DNA from: Proteromonas lacertae
Lineage: Eukaryota
Direction: 5' to 3'
Assembly: GCA_002245135.1 (NCBI GenBank)
Contig: NGBS01000338.1
Coordinates: 1-32,130 of the forward strand
Length of the DNA stretch: 32,130 bases
Below are positions 26,355 through 32,130 of this stretch, in pieces. The translations under genes were made by a program, and so were the position numbers. The notes beneath the pieces are model-generated. The model saw only the letters and a program-made list of their open reading frames with translations. It was not told where the DNA came from and did no database searches. Position 1 is the stretch's first letter. Each line of letters opens with the position of its first letter.

Positions 26355-29300
26355 ATGTCAAACCCTAAAAAGTCATCTAAACATAACAAAAAGAGTTTAA
26401 AACATTATTTAACAAAGCGTATATTAAGACGAATTAAAAGAAGAGCAAAAGTTAATAAATTCAATAAAGCATTGAGAAAGAGAATTGGCAATCCACTTAA
26501 TTTAGATAATGCTGAGGAACATGTTATGAGGAATAAAATGAGGGAAGCATCCTTTAAACAATTCAATATAAATCAGATACTTACTCAGAATGATTTGAAA
26601 ATGATTCCTGCTTTATTGAATGATCCTAACATATCTCAAGAAAAGAAGTTAGCATTACAAAGTTATTATGATGCATTAGTAAAAGGATTAGTAACTGCAC
26701 AAGATAGAGATAAATTTTTTGGTTCAATTCAATCTGCTTTGTTAAGATCATTACCATATGATAGTTTCAAAAATGTTAAAGACAATTTAAATGTTATCAA
26801 TAATACATTACCAATTTTACCATTCAACTCAAGAAATCCATATGATAAATTAGGTTCAGCAGCACCAGGTGATATACTAGCTAAACGGAGGCATCTCTAA
26901 TCCTCATCTTTTATCTAGTAATTACCCTTCTCATTTCTCATCATCATCATCATCATTTTCTAGACATCCTTTAGATAGAGGTGGTAGGGGAGGTAGGAGA
27001 GGTAGAGGTGGTAGGGGAGGTAGAAGCGCAGCAGAAGGTTTTGAAATATATAAACGTAGACATTTAGGTAGTGACTATATAACCCCTCCCCCGGATGGTA
27101 GTAAATCCGCCTCCAGCGGAGGAGTAGGTATGTCAGACTCAATGTCATCAACAGAATCATTTTTAACTGCTGATGGTGAAATGGAAGAAGAAAATGATGA
27201 AATGAACAATTCTGCACCTATGCTCCCAGGTCCAACTGCACCTAATAGAATTGGTAATTCATCACCTTCAAAATTTGTTCCTTTATCTAAACAAGAAAAG
27301 AAAGAAAAAATAAAAGAATTAAAAGAAGCTTTATCGCAGAAAAAAAGAAGCTGAAGAAAGAATTCAATATTTAGAAGAACAAAAAAAGAGTTAGAAAGTA
27401 AAGTAGCTGAATATAAAGAAAGATATGAATTAGGTGTTCAAGAAATAAGAGAAGCTGCAGAAGCTAATAGAAAAACCAAAGAAGAATATGAGCAAGAATT
27501 AGCAAATTTCAAAGCTGAAAAAGTTGAAGAATTAAATGCTTTAAAAAGAGAAAATCAAGCACTTAAATTAGATATTGAAACAGCTGATAATATGAGAAAC
27601 GATGCTCAATGGAAAGCAGATGATTTATATAAAGAATTATCAGAATATAAAAGTACAATAAATCAATTAAATGTAGACAAGTTTAAATTAACAGATGATT
27701 TAAATAATGCAAATAGAGAAAAGAATGATTTGTTATCAAATATTAATAATTTAAATGAACAAAGAAATTTGGATGCTCAAAATCTATTAAATTTAAATAA
27801 TGAAAAAAATAAACTTGAATTAGCTAATAAAAATTAATCAGATGAAACAAATGACTATAAAATTCAAATTAATGTGTTAAATCAATCTATTAATAATTAC
27901 AGGAATACTATAGGTGATTTAAATGCTACAATAAATAGCCTTAATGAAGAATTGAAAAATATAAAAAAGAGTATAAAATAGCAAAAGAAAACTATATTAA
28001 AGAAAGAGATAATTCAAAGAGAAGAGATGATGATGATGAAGATAAACAAAATCAATTTATAATTCAAATGAATAGTGCAAAGCAAAAAATAGTAGAAATT
28101 GAAAATGAGAAAGAAATGTTAAAAAATGAATTAAGAAACATTAAAGATGAAAGAGATAAATTAATTGTAAATATACAAAATATCAACAGGATATAGATAT
28201 ATTGAAAAGAGATAAAAATACAGTTAAAAATGAGCTAAGTAAAAATAAATCAGAATTAGAGGAACAAATACAATTATTTAAAGCACTAGAACAAAAATAT
28301 CGTCAACTTGAAAACAATAAAAATGAAGAATCCAGAAAATTCCAAGCTGACATCGAACGTCTTCAAGAAAATTCTGCAAAGCGTATTTATGAATTAGAAG
28401 AAGAAAACCAATAAATTAAGAGAAGAAAAGTCATTAATAAATACTCAATTGAATAACCATTTAATCCAAGCTGAAAATGAAAAAAGAAATTACATAGCTG
28501 AAATCAATATGAGAAATAATGAAATAGAAAATTATAAGAATAATTATAACAAATTAACCAACGATTTCAATGAATATAGAAATAATTATAATGAACAAGA
28601 AAAATCTACTATGATTCAAAATATTAGTACATTAGAGCAAGAAAAAAGACAATTACTCATAAACTATGAGTCTGCACAAAATGATTTGAAATCTAAAGAT
28701 ATATCAATAGAAAAACTAAAATTGGATCATACAACTGCAGTTAAAGATTTAAAAGAACTTCAAGAAGAATATAGTGTAATATCAGAATTATTGAAGAATA
28801 GCGAAAAAGACAATACAGAAGAAAAAGCTAATTATGAAAAATTACAAAAGAAGTATGAATCTGAAATTGCTTCATTAAAAGAACAGATAAAACAGAGTGA
28901 AGAAACTATAATGACAATTACTAATGAGAGAGATGTTTTACATTCAAATACAGAAGAATTAAAAAAAAAATAAAACATCAAGATCAGTTATATAACCAGA
29001 ATATGTCTACAAAATTAAAAGAAATTAATGAAAAGCAAGCTATTATTGATGGTTATTTAGCTAAAGCAGTTAATAATGCAAATAAACCTGTATTAATAGA
29101 TAAAGGTATATCTACTGAAGATTACGAAAATAAAAATAAAATTACTTGTAATGATATGGATATAAGAGAACCTCCACCTCCTCCACCACCTCCTCCTCCA
29201 CCACCTGCAGCATCATCTTATTCAGAAATGAAAAAACCTATGAAATTAGGTGTAGTATCATATGATACTTTACATGATTTTGAAGAAGATGATGATGATG

Positions 29301-29844
29301 ATTATAAGAGTGTAAAAGAGTTTGATGATGATGAAGAGGAAGATGTTACAGATGACAATCCATATGATAATGATGAGAGAATAAATATAGACGAAGTATA
29401 CAATCAACTTGAACGAAATAGACTTATCAATCCTGAAAACTCTTACTTTGAATGAAAGCGCACAAATACTTGATCAAGATCCTGATCATGATTATATAGT
29501 TAAAAGAAAACATATGACAAGAAAAATTAAAACAAAATAAAGATTTTCTAGATAAGTTATTAGATAATGAGAAAAAAGTGAGAATAGAAAGAAAAGATCC
29601 ATTACCTACAATGCCTGAAGAGTATTATATAAGTAAGAAGAAAGAAGAACAAGAAGTAACTGAAAATGCATTAGAAGAATTTAATAAACGAAAAGTTAAT
29701 GCTAATGATGTTACTTATAATGCTGCATTACAACAGTTACATCAAAATACATTTAGACATCCTGATTCATTTAAATTTACAAATGAAGATGATGTTAAAT
29801 TAGCAAATCGTAAAGTTAAAAGAAGTCTTATCATAAAAAAGTAG
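26355..29844 (+). pseudogene. Large protein (basic N-terminus, RGG box, long coiled coil, acidic tail) broken into many fragments
   Basis: Successive ORF pieces join by small frame shifts with continuous E/K/N heptad-like composition; there is an in-frame TAA at 27835-27837. Confidence 0.7.
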
Positions 29845-29927
29845 ATGAAGAAATAGATGATTTTATTAATTTAATTAATCCCCAATTTGTAGAAGAAGAA
29901 TATTAACAATATTAATTGTTTTAATTA

Positions 29928-32130
29928 TTATTTTTTATATCCATATGGTAATGTATTGTATTTATCAAAAAAAATATCTTTTATCATCATAATAGGTTAA
30001 GCCAGTTTTGTTTTGTACTGTTGTATAAACATTATGATGTATTGATTTGATTTGACATACTTCATATTTTTGACTTTTACTAGCACCTTCAACAAAATCA
30101 TTGTATATATCATAAGTTATTTTTCTAGAAACTTTCACATTAATACCTTTACAACGGTTGTCAGTATTAGTATTATTATCAGAATCATCATTCACTTTCT
30201 CCTTTTCGTATATATAGCACTTTGATTTTAATCCTATAAACTTGTTATAACATATAGGTTTTTATTATTCTTATCCTGTTCTTCAAATTTTAATCGATTC
30301 AATGTTCCTGAATGAACAGCTCTATGTATATCCAACTTATAATTTTCTAAATAGGGATTTTTCAAATTACTTCCATCAATCCAATTATTAAAGATAGGAT
30401 CCTCTAAGTCTTCAAAAATATCATTAGTTTCAACTGAGAAAAGTAAACTATCAGTATCAGTCATACATAGTGTTAGCTTATCAGAACCATATTTTTTATC
30501 TAATACATCATACCAATATTTTTGCATTTTGAGTTTAGACAGTGCTAAGATAACCATTCCAATTTGTATAGGTTTATTAATTTCATATAGCTTCTTATGA
30601 AAATGTGCAATTCTTAAAATCACCTTCAATAATGATAAAGTCTTTAAACCATGGATCACTTGCAGCATTAATCATTTGATCTTCATTAGTAATTAAAGAA
30701 ATGTTACTTCTCTTTTCAACACGTTCCATAAATTTACCGTATAAGCTATTCATTAATTTCTTTATATAGTCTGCAGTAGTATTTTGATTGTTTTCTTTAG
30801 CTTGGACTCGTTTTTGCTACCATAGTATTAATATATTTACCCATATATAGACCTTCAGTAAATCTCATTATTCTGTACACTTTACCCACTTTATAGCCAT
30901 GTTCAACTGCAAACTTCAAATTTTGGTAGTGTATTATATATTTTTCTTTAGGATACAAATCAGTTATTAATTTCTCAGTAGCATGGTAAGTACCTCTTTC
31001 TTTATGTATAATACCAAGATTTTCAGCTCTTTCAGTTTGTATATCAGATAACCATTCTTTAGGTATTTTCTTCCTTTCAGGTAGTAATGGGTATTCTTTA
31101 AACTTGTCTTGTAGTTCTATAGGTAACTCGATATCAACTTCTAATATATAACCAAAATCATTATTCTCTAATCTATCTTGATCCATTTCTTCATAATAGG
31201 GTAAATCAAGTATACTTTCTAATGTAATAGAATTTGGATCAATAAATTCAAAGTCATCTAAAGGCATTTTACAAGAAGCCATAACTGAAGGGTATAAAGA
31301 ATTATAGTCTTGATATAATAAGAATTTATTAGGTAAAGTTTCATCATAATTTTTCATAAATTTGTTATTTGCATCTTCCTTACGCTTACCAATATATGAT
31401 AATCCTCCGTATAAACCATTCAATATAAAATCATAGTATTCAGGTTCACAAAATAATTTAAGTTCCACATCAGATACATGTAAGAATAAATCAAGTGATA
31501 AACTGGTAATGTAATATACCAACAAGGATCTATGTGAAAAGTATCAAATATATTATCTCTAAAATCATTAAATATAGACTGAAGAATATAAACATCAATT
31601 TTCAAGTAAAATAAATTGTATTCACGTATATTATCAAATCCAAATATTTGATTTACTTCCATAGCAAAATCAAATTCTTCAGGTTTAATAGTTTCATTAT
31701 CATTCAATTTAGACTTAAAATCATCTATAGTAAGATCTTTGAAATTTTCTTCAAAAAGCTTCAAGAGATGTCATATGCTCATATGGAAAATAATTCTTTT
31801 GAAGTAAGTATTTTTCAATAATTTCATCATCTAGGTAATGTCCATTATATTCTTTAAAATTCTCATAAATTGTTTTGAATTTTTCTTTCTTAGTATTATT
31901 TAATTCTGCTGTAATTTTTAGATCATTAGTTAAATTTGCTAAAGAACCTGCTAAGAATAAATAACTGTCAATAAAACACCAAATTTTTGTATTGTATACA
32001 CTTATAGTTTTCATCTGTATTAGGTATAATATTGAGTGGGCTATTAGTTATTGCAGCAAATTTGGCTAATTCCTTTACTATGAAATGCTGGTCATATTTC
32101 ATAGCATTATGACCTATTATTGGTACTTTT
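29928..32130 (-). pseudogene. polB: Second pPolB, 5' part outside the window, about 7 frame breaks
   Basis: GHNAMKYD, FIDS, KNYFPYE, YLKIDV, DYNSLYPS, KKLMNSLYGK (~30730-30765, not in the ORF track), TDTDS, DDKRY..LPYGY. Confidence 0.93.

Larger units (their letters stand above)
24900..32130. mobile_element. Second, diverged Polinton-type element (partial)
   Basis: A second pPolB plus a core-protein block in the same order as 15436-13372 of element 1. Confidence 0.8.

Noticed and set aside
2909..27217. Short antisense or alternate-frame ORFs (e.g. 2909, 3264, 4776, 5094, 9025, 9868, 10309, 13138, 14264, 16507, 19109, 23750, 25206, 26960)
   Set aside because: Most are shadows of longer genes or of trinucleotide repeats, with poly-Ser/Leu composition, and many have non-ATG starts.
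27835..27837. Alternative genetic code (TAA/TAG read as sense)
   Set aside because: Only one in-frame TAA was seen; conserved genes contain no internal stops and end at TAA/TAG/TGA where expected.

Overview
This is an AT-rich eukaryotic window made up almost entirely of two Polinton/Maverick-type (adintovirus-like) endogenous virus elements. Element 1 (<1 to ~24873) looks nearly complete. It encodes a protein-primed family B DNA polymerase (three frame breaks), an rve-type integrase, an adenain-like cysteine protease fused to the C-terminus of a large protein, Arg-rich GxG-punctuated core proteins, an A32/FtsK-like packaging ATPase, probable major and minor capsid proteins, and about ten ORFans. 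Element 2 (~24900 to >32130) is a diverged relative with a syntenic core-protein block, a large coiled-coil gene and a second pPolB, both heavily frameshifted. The most unusual signals are: GC-rich RNA hairpins next to +1 frame junctions in the large structural genes of both elements; a ~70-nt tRNA-like RNA polymerase III unit; 28-37 nt spliceosomal-type introns, one with a stop/readthrough TAGTAG acceptor; adenovirus pVI-like amphipathic peptides; and an E2F/CHR/Myb-like motif cluster. All protein calls come from motif recognition by eye, with no database search. Some frame breaks may be long-read indel errors.
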